Of a DNA stretch of 64,000 nt, positions 8,280 to 21,179 are shown piece after piece. Under the pieces are notes generated by a model. That model ran no database searches. It had not been told where the DNA came from and was given only the letters and a program-made list of their open reading frames with translations. Made by a program: the position numbers and the translations under genes. Each line of letters opens with the position of its first letter. Within the stretch, counting starts at the first letter, position 1. Source of the stretch: Deltaproteobacteria bacterium (GTDB taxonomy: Bacteria; Myxococcota_A; UBA9160; SMWR01); the NCBI GenBank assembly GCA_032128375.1, contig JAQBGU010000246.1, positions 1 to 64,000 of the forward strand, in the 5' to 3' direction.

Positions 8280-10523
8280 TCAGCGGGCTTCCCCCACCGC
8301 TTCGATTTTCACCGGAATTCCGTTCAGGACGGCGTTGCCCGAAAGTGTGTCGATCGCGCTCTCGTCGGTCAGCCGGTTCGAATTGACGCCGGCGTGCTCA
8401 CGTGCCACGCGCATGTCAGCCCCCGGCAGGTCGTGGCCCCAGCCGTGGGGCAAGCTGGCAACGCCGGGCATCAGGTCGGCGGTCAGTTCGACGCCGACTT
8501 CGAGCGATCCCACCCGCGAAGTCACCCGCGCTGTCGCGCCGTCGGTCAAATGGCGGGCGGCTGCGTCGTCGGGGTGGAGCATCAGCGTGCAGCGCGACCG
8601 GCCGCTGACCAGCGGGCCGATGTTGTGCATCCACGAGTTGTTCGATCGAACGTGGCGGCGCCCGATCAGCAGCATTCCATCGCGATCCGGTTGGGCGGCT
8701 GAGCGGCGCGCAGCGAGGCGCTCGAGGTCGTTCACGATCGGTTCCGGAACGACTTCCACTTTGCCGGAAGCTGTCCGCAGTACGCTCGCGAGCCGGGGTT
8801 CGAGCGGGCCGAGATCGACACCGTGGGGGTTCGCGCGAAGCCGTTCCAGCGACAGGCCGTCGGGATCGGCGCCGAAACCGTCACCGTATGGGCCGGTCCG
8901 CAGTAGGACGTCGAGGATACGATCGGTGCCTGGGCGTTCCGGGAGCATTCGCTCGAGCGCTTCCGGGTCGCGCGTTGCGAGCGGGGATTGTTCATCGGCG
9001 ACGGCGGCCGCGATCAGTCCTCCGACTAACAACTGGTCGATGATGGCGGGATCGGCGCCAGCGCCTTTGCCATCGATGACGAGCGCGAGACGGGCCAATA
9101 TGTCCGATTCCGACGGGCCCACCGCATCGAAGACAGGCTCGGAATAGTTCGCGACGTTGCGGACGGCGATCGAATAGAAGGCCGCATCGTAGTGGCTGCG
9201 TTCGAGCGGCGATGGCGGCGGCAGGATCACGTTGGCGTGTCGCGAAGTCTCGTTGCGGTAGATATCGACGCTCACCATGAATTCGAGCCCGGCCAGCGCC
9301 CGGTCGAGTCGCGGCCCGTTGGGAGTCGACAGTACCGGGTTGCCGCCGACACTGATCATCGCGCGAATCTGGCCGTCGCCAACGGTATCGATCTCGTCTG
9401 AGAGCGTCGCAACCGGAAATTCGCCCTGGGTTTCGGGGTGATTGCCTACACGGCTGTGCCAGCGGCCGATCTGGTAACCGCGTCCGCGGCCCGCTGCGGC
9501 GCGGCTGCGCTTGCCGTGGGCGGGATTCGGGAACAGTACGCCACCGATCCGGTCGAGATTCCCGGTCAGGATGTTCAACAGGTCCGTCGCCCAGGCCGTG
9601 AGCGTTCCGAACTCGACCGTGTGGGCGCCAATCCGACCGTAGGCGGCTGCCGTCGGTGCCGCGGCGAATTCGCGCGCGATGCGCCGCGCCGTCGACGCGT
9701 CGATGCCCGTGATCGCGGCACTCGTCTCGGGCCGGTAGTCGCGCAATAGTTCGGGAAGCGTCTCGAGCCCATCGATCAGGTCAGCGACGTCACCCAGGTC
9801 GACGAGATCTTCTTCGAACAACACCGCGCACAGAGCCAACAGGAAATCCACGTCGGTTCCCGGCCGGATGAACAGGTGCTCGTCGGCCTTCTTCGCGGTT
9901 CGGGTGCGTCGCGGATCGACGACGACCACACGACCGCCGCGTCTGCGGATCGCCGCCAATCGGCCGGGAAAATCCGGAGCGGTACACAGGCTGCCGTTGG
10001 AGTCGAGCGGGTTCGCCCCGAGCATCAGCAAGTAGTCGGTCCGGTCGAGGTCGGGTACCGGCATCAATCCGCCCGCGCCAAACATCAGGCCACAGGCGAC
10101 GTGCCGAGGCATCTGGTCGACGGTGCTGGCAGAAAAAACGTTTCGAGTGCCGATCGACTTGAGCAGAGGACGCAGGTAGAACGCACCCGCCAGATTGTGC
10201 GTGTTCGGGTTGCCGAGATAGACGCCGATCGAATTGCGGTCGCGCTCGCGGATCGGCAGCAGCCCGCGTTCGATTTCTTCGAACGCCTCGTCCCAGGTCG
10301 CGTCGCGCCAGCCGTCAGCATCGCGAATTTGTGGGCAGCGCAATCGATCGGGGTCGTCGTGCAGGTTCGCCAGCGTGGCGCCCTTCGGGCACATGAAGCC
10401 GGCGCTGAAGACGTCGTCCTGGTCGCCGCGAATCTGTGTCACCTTCTCGTCGCGGAGTTGGATTTCGAGACCGCAGGTGGCCTCGCAGAGTGGGCAGGTT
10501 CGATAGACGATTCGTTCGGACAT
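8280..10523 (-). CDS. Molybdopterin-dependent oxidoreductase with N-terminal 4Fe-4S motif
   Basis: TCPLCEATCG and CPKG, VVVDPRRTRTA, RSNNSWMHN, C-terminal molybdopterin dinucleotide-binding domain. Confidence 0.92.
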   Translation of the reverse strand: MSERIVYRTCPLCEATCGLEIQLRDEKVTQIRGDQDDVFSAGFMCPKGATLANLHDDPDRLRCPQIRDADGWRDATWDEAFEEIERGLLPIRERDRNSIGVYLGNPNTHNLAGAFYLRPLLKSIGTRNVFSASTVDQMPRHVACGLMFGAGGLMPVPDLDRTDYLLMLGANPLDSNGSLCTAPDFPGRLAAIRRRGGRVVVVDPRRTRTAKKADEHLFIRPGTDVDFLLALCAVLFEEDLVDLGDVADLIDGLETLPELLRDYRPETSAAITGIDASTARRIAREFAAAPTAAAYGRIGAHTVEFGTLTAWATDLLNILTGNLDRIGGVLFPNPAHGKRSRAAAGRGRGYQIGRWHSRVGNHPETQGEFPVATLSDEIDTVGDGQIRAMISVGGNPVLSTPNGPRLDRALAGLEFMVSVDIYRNETSRHANVILPPPSPLERSHYDAAFYSIAVRNVANYSEPVFDAVGPSESDILARLALVIDGKGAGADPAIIDQLLVGGLIAAAVADEQSPLATRDPEALERMLPERPGTDRILDVLLRTGPYGDGFGADPDGLSLERLRANPHGVDLGPLEPRLASVLRTASGKVEVVPEPIVNDLERLAARRSAAQPDRDGMLLIGRRHVRSNNSWMHNIGPLVSGRSRCTLMLHPDDAAARHLTDGATARVTSRVGSLEVGVELTADLMPGVASLPHGWGHDLPGADMRVAREHAGVNSNRLTDESAIDTLSGNAVLNGIPVKIEAVGEAR

Positions 10524-10550
10524 GCGGGCTCCTGGGCGTGAAGAAGAGTT

Positions 10551-10610
10551 AGCGGTAGCTGGCGGTAGCTGGTGGTAGCTGGTGGTAGCTGGTCGTAGCT
10601 GGGGGTGGCT
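10551..10610. repeat. 6 x 10-bp tandem array (GGTGGTAGCT-like)
   Basis: agcggtagct ggcggtagct ggtggtagct ggtggtagct ggtcgtagct gggggtggct. Confidence 0.9.
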
Positions 10611-10803
10611 GACAGTAGTGACAGTGTGGCACGAACGTCTGCAAGGTAGCAGCGCGACCGGGCGGGTTGTTGCTGGGCTGCTTCGCTGAGCGCGTCTACC
10701 CGGCTTGCCGTCCCGGGGATCTCCGGATGCCCGGGCGCCACGCTGCGCACGACATGACTGGCGGGCGGACCAGGCTCTTGCCTGTGCGTGGTGGATGCGT
10801 TCC

Positions 10804-12780
10804 CTAACATTCCACCAGTGCCGCCTTCTTGGCCTCCAGTTCTCCCCAACGGTCTGTCAGCTGGGTGACGCGCTGTTCGGCCAACTCGCGTTCGCGCGTC
10901 AGCGCGGAGACGTCGTCTTGGACCTGTGGGTTCTTCGGGGACTTGCCGTGCGAGTAGGTTCCGGGATCGGCGAGTCGCGCCTCGAGGCCGGCCAATTCGG
11001 ATTCAGCGATCTCGATCGCCTCGATCAGGCCGTTGAGTTCGCGTTGCTCGGCGAAGCTCAGCCTCTTGGCCGGTTTGCCTTTGCGGGACTGCTGCGGTGC
11101 AGAGGCCGCTCTTGCCGCGCGTGCCTGAGCGGCAAGTGCGAGGGACTCCCGGCTGCGTTTAGCGCGGTAGTCGGAATAGCCGCCGCGGTGCAAGTCGACT
11201 TTTCCGTCGGCTTCGAACGCCAGGATCGACGTTGCCACGCGGTCCATGAACCAGCGGTCGTGGCTTACGATCAGCGCGCTGCCCGCGTATTCGAGCAACA
11301 TCGATTCGAGTGCGCCGAGCGTTGAGACATCGAGGTCGTTGGTCGGTTCATCGAGCAGCAGCAGGTTGCTGGGCGTGGCGAGCAACCGGGCCAGACACAC
11401 ACGCGCCCGCTCGCCGCCCGACAAAACGCCAATGCGCTTGCGCTGCGAGGGGCCATCGAACAGGAAGCGCTCGAGGTAGCTACCCACGCGCATCGTTTGA
11501 CCGCCGAGTGTCAGGTTCTCGCTGTCGCCCGCCACCGCCTCGCGGACGCTGGCCTCGTTATCGAGATCGTCTCGCCCCTGATCGAGATATCCGATGCGCG
11601 TGTTCTTGCCGACTTCCCATTCACCCCGAACGACGGATTCACACGCCGCGTCAGCGCCGCCATCGGGTCCAAATCGACCGAGCAGGCACAGCAGCAGGCT
11701 GGTCTTGCCGGTGCCATTCGCCCCGACCACGCCGATTCGCTCGCCTGCGCGCAACTCGATATCCAGCTTGTCGACGAGAAGCCGATTGCCTCGCTCGATC
11801 GTCAAGCCGGAGGTTCGCAGGATCGTCTTGCCCTGGCGCATCGATTCGGTGCGCATTTCGACCACGCGCTGTTCGCGCGGTGAACCCACTTCGAGTGCTG
11901 CAGTGGCGCGACCGATGCGCGCCTTCTGTTTGGTCGAGCGCGCCTTCGGGCTGGTTCTGAGCCACGCGAGTTCCCGGCGCAGAAAGTTCTGACGGTTGCT
12001 TTCGACTTTTTCTGCATGAGCTTGTCGCTCGGCCTTGGCCTCGAGGTAGTCCGCGTAACCTCCGGAGTAGCTCGATAGCGCGCCGTGGTGGAGTTCGAGG
12101 GTTCGGCTGCACACGGCGTCCAGCACGTAGCGATCGTGTGTGATCACCAACAGCGCGCCAGGGAAGTCGTCGCGCAGGTGGTTTTCGAGCCATTCGATGC
12201 TGTCGACATCGAGGTGATTGGTGGGTTCGTCGAGAATCGCGAGGTCTGGCCTCGCAACCAGCAATCGAGCCAGTGCTACGCGTCGTTTTTCGCCACCACT
12301 CAAGGATCCAATCGAGCGGTTCGCGTCACGGATGCCGAGGTGGCCGATCACGGCCTCGGCTTCGTGCAGCCGGTGCCAGCCGCCGAGCCGCTCGACTTCC
12401 TCGCCGGCCGCAGCCTGCTCCGCGACGAGCGCATCGGTATCACCCGTAGCGTCGGCGATCGCGGTCGTCACTTCTTCGTGGCGCCGGCTCGCGCGGTTCC
12501 AGGCGTCGAGGCTCTCGATCACGACCTGGCGAACGCTGTGGTCGGATGGGAATGTTGGTTCCTGGGCCAGATACTCGATGCGGGCGCCGCGGCGGCGCGA
12601 AACCTCACCGTGATCCGGCTCGTCGAGTCGAGCCAGAATTCGACCGAGCGTGCTCTTCCCGCAGCCGCTGTCGCCGACGAGCCCCACATGTTCGCCCGTT
12701 CGGATCGTCAACGTCACGTCGGAAAGCACCATCCGATCGGAGAATGCCTTGCGCAGTTCGCGTCCATCGATGATCGGCAT
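10804..12780 (-). CDS. uup: ABC-F family ATPase (Uup-like)
   Basis: Two ABC domains (GDSGCGKST, GANGTGKT, two LSGGE, two DEPTN), no TM segment, C-terminal KRLSFAEQREL coiled coil. Confidence 0.88.
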   Translation of the reverse strand: MPIIDGRELRKAFSDRMVLSDVTLTIRTGEHVGLVGDSGCGKSTLGRILARLDEPDHGEVSRRRGARIEYLAQEPTFPSDHSVRQVVIESLDAWNRASRRHEEVTTAIADATGDTDALVAEQAAAGEEVERLGGWHRLHEAEAVIGHLGIRDANRSIGSLSGGEKRRVALARLLVARPDLAILDEPTNHLDVDSIEWLENHLRDDFPGALLVITHDRYVLDAVCSRTLELHHGALSSYSGGYADYLEAKAERQAHAEKVESNRQNFLRRELAWLRTSPKARSTKQKARIGRATAALEVGSPREQRVVEMRTESMRQGKTILRTSGLTIERGNRLLVDKLDIELRAGERIGVVGANGTGKTSLLLCLLGRFGPDGGADAACESVVRGEWEVGKNTRIGYLDQGRDDLDNEASVREAVAGDSENLTLGGQTMRVGSYLERFLFDGPSQRKRIGVLSGGERARVCLARLLATPSNLLLLDEPTNDLDVSTLGALESMLLEYAGSALIVSHDRWFMDRVATSILAFEADGKVDLHRGGYSDYRAKRSRESLALAAQARAARAASAPQQSRKGKPAKRLSFAEQRELNGLIEAIEIAESELAGLEARLADPGTYSHGKSPKNPQVQDDVSALTRERELAEQRVTQLTDRWGELEAKKAALVEC

Positions 12781-12948
12781 GTGCTTCCTGGCGCGGCAAC
12801 TTGCCGGTCATTGCGGGGAGATGATGTGGGCGAACTGCCGTGCTGCGAGCTGTCGAACGGCGAAACGTAGCATCGGAGCCGGGCGGCCGTACAATTGCGA
12901 GCGGGCGATGATCGTCGATTCATGGATGTCCACAACACGACGTCCAAA

Positions 12949-13004
12949 CCATGACCCGCAGACCATGACCAGCAGACCTTTACTGACAGACCTTAACTGG
13001 CAGA
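12949..13004. repeat. 4 x 14-bp diverging tandem array just upstream of the SDR RBS
   Basis: ccatgacccgcaga ccatgaccagcaga cctttactgacaga ccttaactggcaga. Confidence 0.75.
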
Positions 13005-13019
13005 CAAGAGGAGCAACGA

Positions 13020-13889
13020 ATGGAGAGCGTACTCATCACAGGCGCGAATTCGGGGATCGGTCGTTCGACCGCATTGCATCTGGCAGCGGCGGGCTACCGG
13101 GTGTTCGCAGCGATGCGCGATACCCAAAAGGCCGAGAAGCTGTTGGGGCTGGCGAAGCAGGCCGGCTGCCAGGTCGAACCGATCGAACTCGATGTGTGCG
13201 ACGACGCCTGCGTCCGGCGCGCGGTCGAGAAGATTCACGACGCGGTCGGCGCGCTCGATGTGCTGATCAACAACGCCGGAGTCGCGATGAACGCAACGGT
13301 CGAAGACGTCGACATCGCTGCCGCGATGTCGGTGTTCGATACCAACTACTGGGGGGTGATTCGCTGCACGCAGGCGGTGTTGCCCGCCATGCGCGAGCGC
13401 GGCGCCGGCCACATCATCAATATCAGCTCGATCGCGGGCCGAATCGCAGCGCTGGCACAGACCATCTATGCGTCGTCGAAATGGGCGCTCGAGTGCCTCA
13501 GTGAGAACCTCGCCCAGGAAGTTGCGCCGTTTGGTGTCCGCGTCACGGTGATCGAACCGGGTGTCGCACGGACCGCGATCTTGCCGAAGAACATCGGCCA
13601 CCCCGAGCCGACCGCCTACGAAGACAGCTATCGACGCATGCTCCAGTTCTACAAGAAGGGCATGCAAGCCAACGTTCCAGCCGAGCAGGTCGCCGAGACG
13701 ATCCACGCAGCGATGACCGACCGATCACCCCGGTTTCGGTACACCTGCGCGTGGGGCGGAGAAGAGCTCACCAGTGGCCGGCTACGCATGACCGATGAGC
13801 AGTGGGTCGGGCTCGGTAACCCGAGCTCCGACGAGGACTACTACAAGAACTTCGAATCGCTGTTTGGCTTGGATCTGCGCACTCCCTGA
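13020..13889 (+). CDS. SDR family oxidoreductase
   Basis: TGANSGIG, NNAG, YASSK; GAGGAG RBS. Confidence 0.93.
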   Translation: MESVLITGANSGIGRSTALHLAAAGYRVFAAMRDTQKAEKLLGLAKQAGCQVEPIELDVCDDACVRRAVEKIHDAVGALDVLINNAGVAMNATVEDVDIAAAMSVFDTNYWGVIRCTQAVLPAMRERGAGHIINISSIAGRIAALAQTIYASSKWALECLSENLAQEVAPFGVRVTVIEPGVARTAILPKNIGHPEPTAYEDSYRRMLQFYKKGMQANVPAEQVAETIHAAMTDRSPRFRYTCAWGGEELTSGRLRMTDEQWVGLGNPSSDEDYYKNFESLFGLDLRTP

Positions 13890-13967
13890 CGGCTCTTTCG
13901 GAAAGCAGACCTCCTCGAGGTAAGGCCGCAACATCGGGGCGGGTTTGCCCGCAGTTCGAAGCCGTTC

Positions 13968-15038
13968 TCAGTGCTGGTGGTGCTCCGGCGGGTGGACTCC
14001 GCTGGCCTCGGACCCCAGGCGTGCTTCGTGAACTCTGTGACTCTCAGCGTCCAGATAGTCGATCAATGCACCGATTTCGACATCGCTCAAGCGCAGGTTC
14101 GGCATCAGGACGTTGTCGTATTCGGCGTAGAGCTTCATGACGATCGGGTCGTTCTCCTCGAGCAGTTTCTCCGGGTTGGCGAGCCAGCGGGCCAGCCATC
14201 CACGCTCCCGCTTCTGGCCAACGTGCATGAGGTCGGGCCCCAGTCTGTTCTGGGCGATTTCGATGCTCTCTCCGCCGCCGACGGTGCGAGCGCTGCCGGT
14301 TCCGATCGTGTGACACACAGCACACCGACTGCGGAAGAGATTCTCACCCATGCTGGGGACCTGCAGCTCAGAGGCGTCTGCGTAGTTCTGCTCGCTCAGT
14401 TCGCTTGGCATTTCCCAGTTGGTCAACCAGCTGCCGATCTGTTCGGCGATGAAGTACGGACTGTCCATGGGCGAGCGCTTCATCCACTGCCCGGTGCTCT
14501 GATTGCCGATGAGCAGGCTCATGTTGTGGTCTTTGGTCGCTTCATCGAGCCCCGCCATGTACAGGCCCAGCTTCTTTTGCAGCAGCTTGATGTCTGCCTC
14601 CTTTCCGGTGAGAAATTTCCAGCCCGGCCCGGCGCGGAACCGCTTCGCATATTCCGCGAGCACTTCGGGCGTGTCGTTCGCAGGGTCGATGCTGATCGAG
14701 TACAGGAAGATGTCATCACCTACGCGGTCACCCAGAATCTGCTGGATCTGCGCGAGCCGCGCTGTGTCGAGCGGGCAGGAGTCGGTGCAGGCGGTGAAGA
14801 TGAAGTTGATGACCACCACCTTGCCCTCGATGAGATCGTCGAAGAAGTGGACCGTGTTCCCCTCGTGGGTCACGAGGGGAACGTTGGGAAAGTATTGCGC
14901 TCCCCAGCGATTCACGTTCTTCGAAGACGCACCGGCCGATCCAGTTACGAGAATTCCGAGAAGTATCGAGGATCCGATCAGAAGGAGCAGCCAATCCGTC
15001 GCCAGGCGGCCTGAATGGGGTGTCGAAACGAGCCGCAT
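13968..15038 (-). CDS. Sco/SenC copper chaperone fused to a C-terminal cytochrome c
   Basis: FTACTDSCP (CxxxC), SISIDPANDTPE, conserved His in DHNM, heme motif CAVCH. Start moved to ATG 15038 (purine-rich RBS, N-terminal TM) because the longer ORF overlaps the MCO gene. Confidence 0.9.
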   Translation of the reverse strand: MRLVSTPHSGRLATDWLLLLIGSSILLGILVTGSAGASSKNVNRWGAQYFPNVPLVTHEGNTVHFFDDLIEGKVVVINFIFTACTDSCPLDTARLAQIQQILGDRVGDDIFLYSISIDPANDTPEVLAEYAKRFRAGPGWKFLTGKEADIKLLQKKLGLYMAGLDEATKDHNMSLLIGNQSTGQWMKRSPMDSPYFIAEQIGSWLTNWEMPSELSEQNYADASELQVPSMGENLFRSRCAVCHTIGTGSARTVGGGESIEIAQNRLGPDLMHVGQKRERGWLARWLANPEKLLEENDPIVMKLYAEYDNVLMPNLRLSDVEIGALIDYLDAESHRVHEARLGSEASGVHPPEHHQH

Positions 15039-15068
15039 GTTCGTCCTTCTTCCTTCTTTATTTTCGCA

Positions 15069-15118
15069 AATCCAACTCTTTGCAATCCAACTCTTTGCAA
15101 TCCAACGGAAATCCAACG
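15069..15118. repeat. AATCCAAC-core tandem array between the MCO and Sco genes
   Basis: aatccaactctttgc twice, then aatccaacgga and aatccaacg. Confidence 0.85.
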
Positions 15119-18157
<3,039 letters not shown>

Positions 18158-18580
18158 GGCAATGAACTCCTGCAGCAGTTGCAATTTCAGTCGAGCTACC
18201 GAATGGTTCCAGAACGGCCTGACGGCTATTGGCTACGTGTTTCATTTGACACGATTCTGGTTCCAACCGCAACGGAATTTTCCAATTTTGGATTTTTTTC
18301 ACTACATTTTAAGCCTCGCAACGTGGTGAATTCAGTATCGAGTTCGGCGTGATCGGCTGACTTTTGCCGATCGGTCGCATCTCTGCCGTTCCCCGAAAAT
18401 CTGACAAAAATCCCGGTTGAAGGTCGCGATCGGATGCTTCTGCGTGGGTATCACGCAGTTCACGCCTGTGGAAACTGCACTGTGTCGGGTCAGCGAATCG
18501 CCTGCTCTGCATCGGCGAGCCATCACGCATCGCACGAGAGGCAACCGCCCGCACATGCGAACTCGAGCTTCAATCTACGC

Positions 18581-18664
<84 letters not shown>

Positions 18665-18853
18665 CCGTACACCGATTTGATTCGCCAAGCGAATCAAATC
18701 GGTTTGTCTCACGAGCGCGGCACGTTGATCCGTATACCGAAATGTGCAGGTTTAGTAGACACCAACTTGAGACGGATCAGAATAAAGTCCGCCCGCAATG
18801 GCTGTATCGTGAATTCTCGAGCCTTCTCCGACGGTGCGGTGCTGTCGCACCGC

Positions 18854-19094
18854 TTACCGGGCCGGCTTTTCCATCACCTTGCGACCGCCGAGCCATGTTT
18901 CGATCTTGTCCAACGCGTCTGGGTCGATCGCCAGTGGCTTCTGGTCGACCACCGTGAAAGTCCGCGAGTTTTCCCAACTCAATGCTGCCAATCCAATCAT
19001 CCCCAAACCGCTGGCATGCTGCATCGAGCGCGATCCCGCGCAGGGCTTGCTCGCTCGATATCGCCTGTTCGGGTGCGATCTTGTCTGTCCACAC
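18854..19094 (-). pseudogene. Frameshifted 3' remnant of a YtcJ-like amidohydrolase
   Basis: IAPEQAISSEQALRGIALDAA...IGSIELGKLADF, then a frameshift near 18957 into TVVDQKPLAIDPDALDKIETWLGGRKV and stop. Confidence 0.75.
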
Positions 19095-19301
19095 CGTGCA
19101 TACGATCGTCCATCGGGGAATCTATTGGGTCATCAAGCCCGAACGCGCGAAAAGCAACACTACCGGATGGTGCGTTGCTGCGACCAGTCGCGAACCGGGT
19201 GCGGGCCTGTGTAGACACGGCTCGCCGCAGCCAGGAAGAAGCCTGCGTCAGTGAAGGGGTGGCTTCGTCATGAGCCGACGCGTGCTCAACGACTCGAGCG
19301 C

Positions 19302-20111
19302 CTACCCGAGCAGGCCGACCTTCGCTCCGGTTTCGACCGCCGCCAGGTAGCCGAAATCGACGAAGAGATTCTGACCCGAAACAAATCGGCAGGCGTCGCT
19401 TCCCAGTGCGATCAGCGGCTCCGCCATTTCCGCGGCTGTGGCGTTCCGGCCGACCGGTGCCACGAAGTGCTCGTCGATGAATTCCTTGCTCACCTGTGCG
19501 TGAAAATCGGGCAGCATCGGTGTGTCGGTGGGCGCGGGGCTGATGCAGTTGGCGCGAACCTCGCGCTCGAGGCCGCGGACTGCGAGCAACTTGGTGTAAT
19601 AGATGATGCATTGCTTGGAGAACAAGTAGCCGTTCGCGATTTCCGGGTTGGCTTCGCACCAGGCTCGGGATTCGGCGAAGTCCTCGATGCCGGTGAGCGC
19701 CTTGACGTTGTCGAGGTTCTTGGACCAACCCATTCCCGCCACTGACGTGATGCTGGTGATCGACCCCTGGTTGGCGATCCGAGCGAACAGCGACTCCGTG
19801 AGATGTCGCAGGCCGACGAAGTTCACCAGCATCGTGTCCAGCGCGGAAAAACGCGGAGGCCCCGGAACGCCGGCGCAATTGAACAGCGCGTCGAGGCGGC
19901 CGGGCAGTTTTCCGACGGCGGCATCGATGGAGCGCTCGTCGGACAGGTTGACTTCGATGCACTGCTTGACCGGTGCCGACACGGCAGCGATGTCGAGCGC
20001 GTGGACTTCTGCGCCGAGTTCCACCAGCGTCGCGGCGGCGGCGGCGCCCATGCCGGTGGCGGCACCCGTAATCGCGACACATTTGCCCTGAAATCCGAGG
20101 ATGTCCTTCAT
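19302..20111 (-). CDS. SDR family oxidoreductase (coniferyl alcohol/3-alpha-HSD-like)
   Basis: TGAATGMG, NCAG, YLFSK, VSGQNLFVDFG. Confidence 0.9.
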   Translation of the reverse strand: MKDILGFQGKCVAITGAATGMGAAAAATLVELGAEVHALDIAAVSAPVKQCIEVNLSDERSIDAAVGKLPGRLDALFNCAGVPGPPRFSALDTMLVNFVGLRHLTESLFARIANQGSITSITSVAGMGWSKNLDNVKALTGIEDFAESRAWCEANPEIANGYLFSKQCIIYYTKLLAVRGLEREVRANCISPAPTDTPMLPDFHAQVSKEFIDEHFVAPVGRNATAAEMAEPLIALGSDACRFVSGQNLFVDFGYLAAVETGAKVGLLG

Positions 20112-20416
20112 GACTTCTCCAATTCTCTACTTCTGGTCTCTACATCGAGTCCCAACATCTGGTCCCTGCATCGAGATCCAGGTTTGGATCTAGCTCCCGC
20201 CCGCTCTTTGCGGGCAGTGCGTGGGGACGAGTGCCGCGCGGTGCCCGCGATGATACGCCCATCCCGAGTGGTCCCCAATCGTTTTCGACAATTGGATCTG
20301 TCATGACTCGAGGTGGTGAGCCAGCATGCGCTGGTGCGCCCGCATGAAAAACGGCCCCCGGCCGCGCGAACCTGTGAGTGCCCCGGGGAAGTCGTTCGAA
20401 TTTCGAAGGAGCTGCC

Positions 20417-21070
20417 GTGAAGCTGTATTCTGGACCGCTCAGCCTGTTCACCGCGAAAGTCCGTGTGGCACTGGCTGAAAAAGGCCTCGACTACGAAAGA
20501 ATCGAGGTGGGATGGAGCCTCGCGAGTCGCTACGAGCCCCGCCATCCCGATGTCGTCGCGCTGAATCCGAAGCAGCAGGTTCCGGTCCTCGTCGATGGTG
20601 ACACCGTTGTCTACGACTCGACGGTCATACTCGAATACCTCGAAGACCGCTGGCCCGAGACCCCACTGTATCCACCCACCGCGGCCGAGCGCGCGGCATG
20701 CCGACAACTCGAGGCCGAGGCAGACGAGACCGTGTTCCCATGGGTCTGGGCCCTGATCGAGGAGGGGCTGTATCCGCCCGGGCAGACCGCACGCGATGAA
20801 CGGCGGCTGTCGGACGCGAAGGCCAACCTCGCGCGGTACTACGAGAAGTTGGACAAGCGGCTCGCCGATCGCGATTACCTGTGTGGCGATTTTTCGGTCG
20901 CCGATATCGGGATGTTCATCATCGCGAATTCGGCTGTGTTGCTCGGAACTCCGGTGAGTGACGGGTTGACTCATCTGAACGCGTGGTTCGCGCGGATGAC
21001 CGGGCGTCCGGCAGTTGGCAGCGAACTGGCGGCGATGCAGCAGTACCTCGCCAAGGCGCTCAGCGCCTAG
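20417..21070 (+). CDS. Glutathione S-transferase family protein
   Basis: KVRVALAEKGL, NPKQQVPVL, DSTVILEYLE, FSVADI; GTG start after AAGGAG. Confidence 0.92.
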   Translation: MKLYSGPLSLFTAKVRVALAEKGLDYERIEVGWSLASRYEPRHPDVVALNPKQQVPVLVDGDTVVYDSTVILEYLEDRWPETPLYPPTAAERAACRQLEAEADETVFPWVWALIEEGLYPPGQTARDERRLSDAKANLARYYEKLDKRLADRDYLCGDFSVADIGMFIIANSAVLLGTPVSDGLTHLNAWFARMTGRPAVGSELAAMQQYLAKALSA

Positions 21071-21179
21071 ACGCCTGACCCCAAATGGGTTCGGCGTTCG
21101 CGGCGCTCGGGGATGGTTGATTTTCTGCTATTTTGGCCGGCCAGATCGCAGATCCAATCACTCTCTGGAGGTCTCCCCC

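Noticed and set aside
8280..10523. Selenocysteine formate dehydrogenase
   Set aside because: The ORF is uninterrupted and the ligand region reads SASTVDQMP; substrate left unassigned.
10627..10643. Sigma-54 promoter-like TGGCACGAACGTCTGCA
   Set aside because: GG-to-GC spacing is one base too long and it faces away from the neighbouring minus-strand gene.
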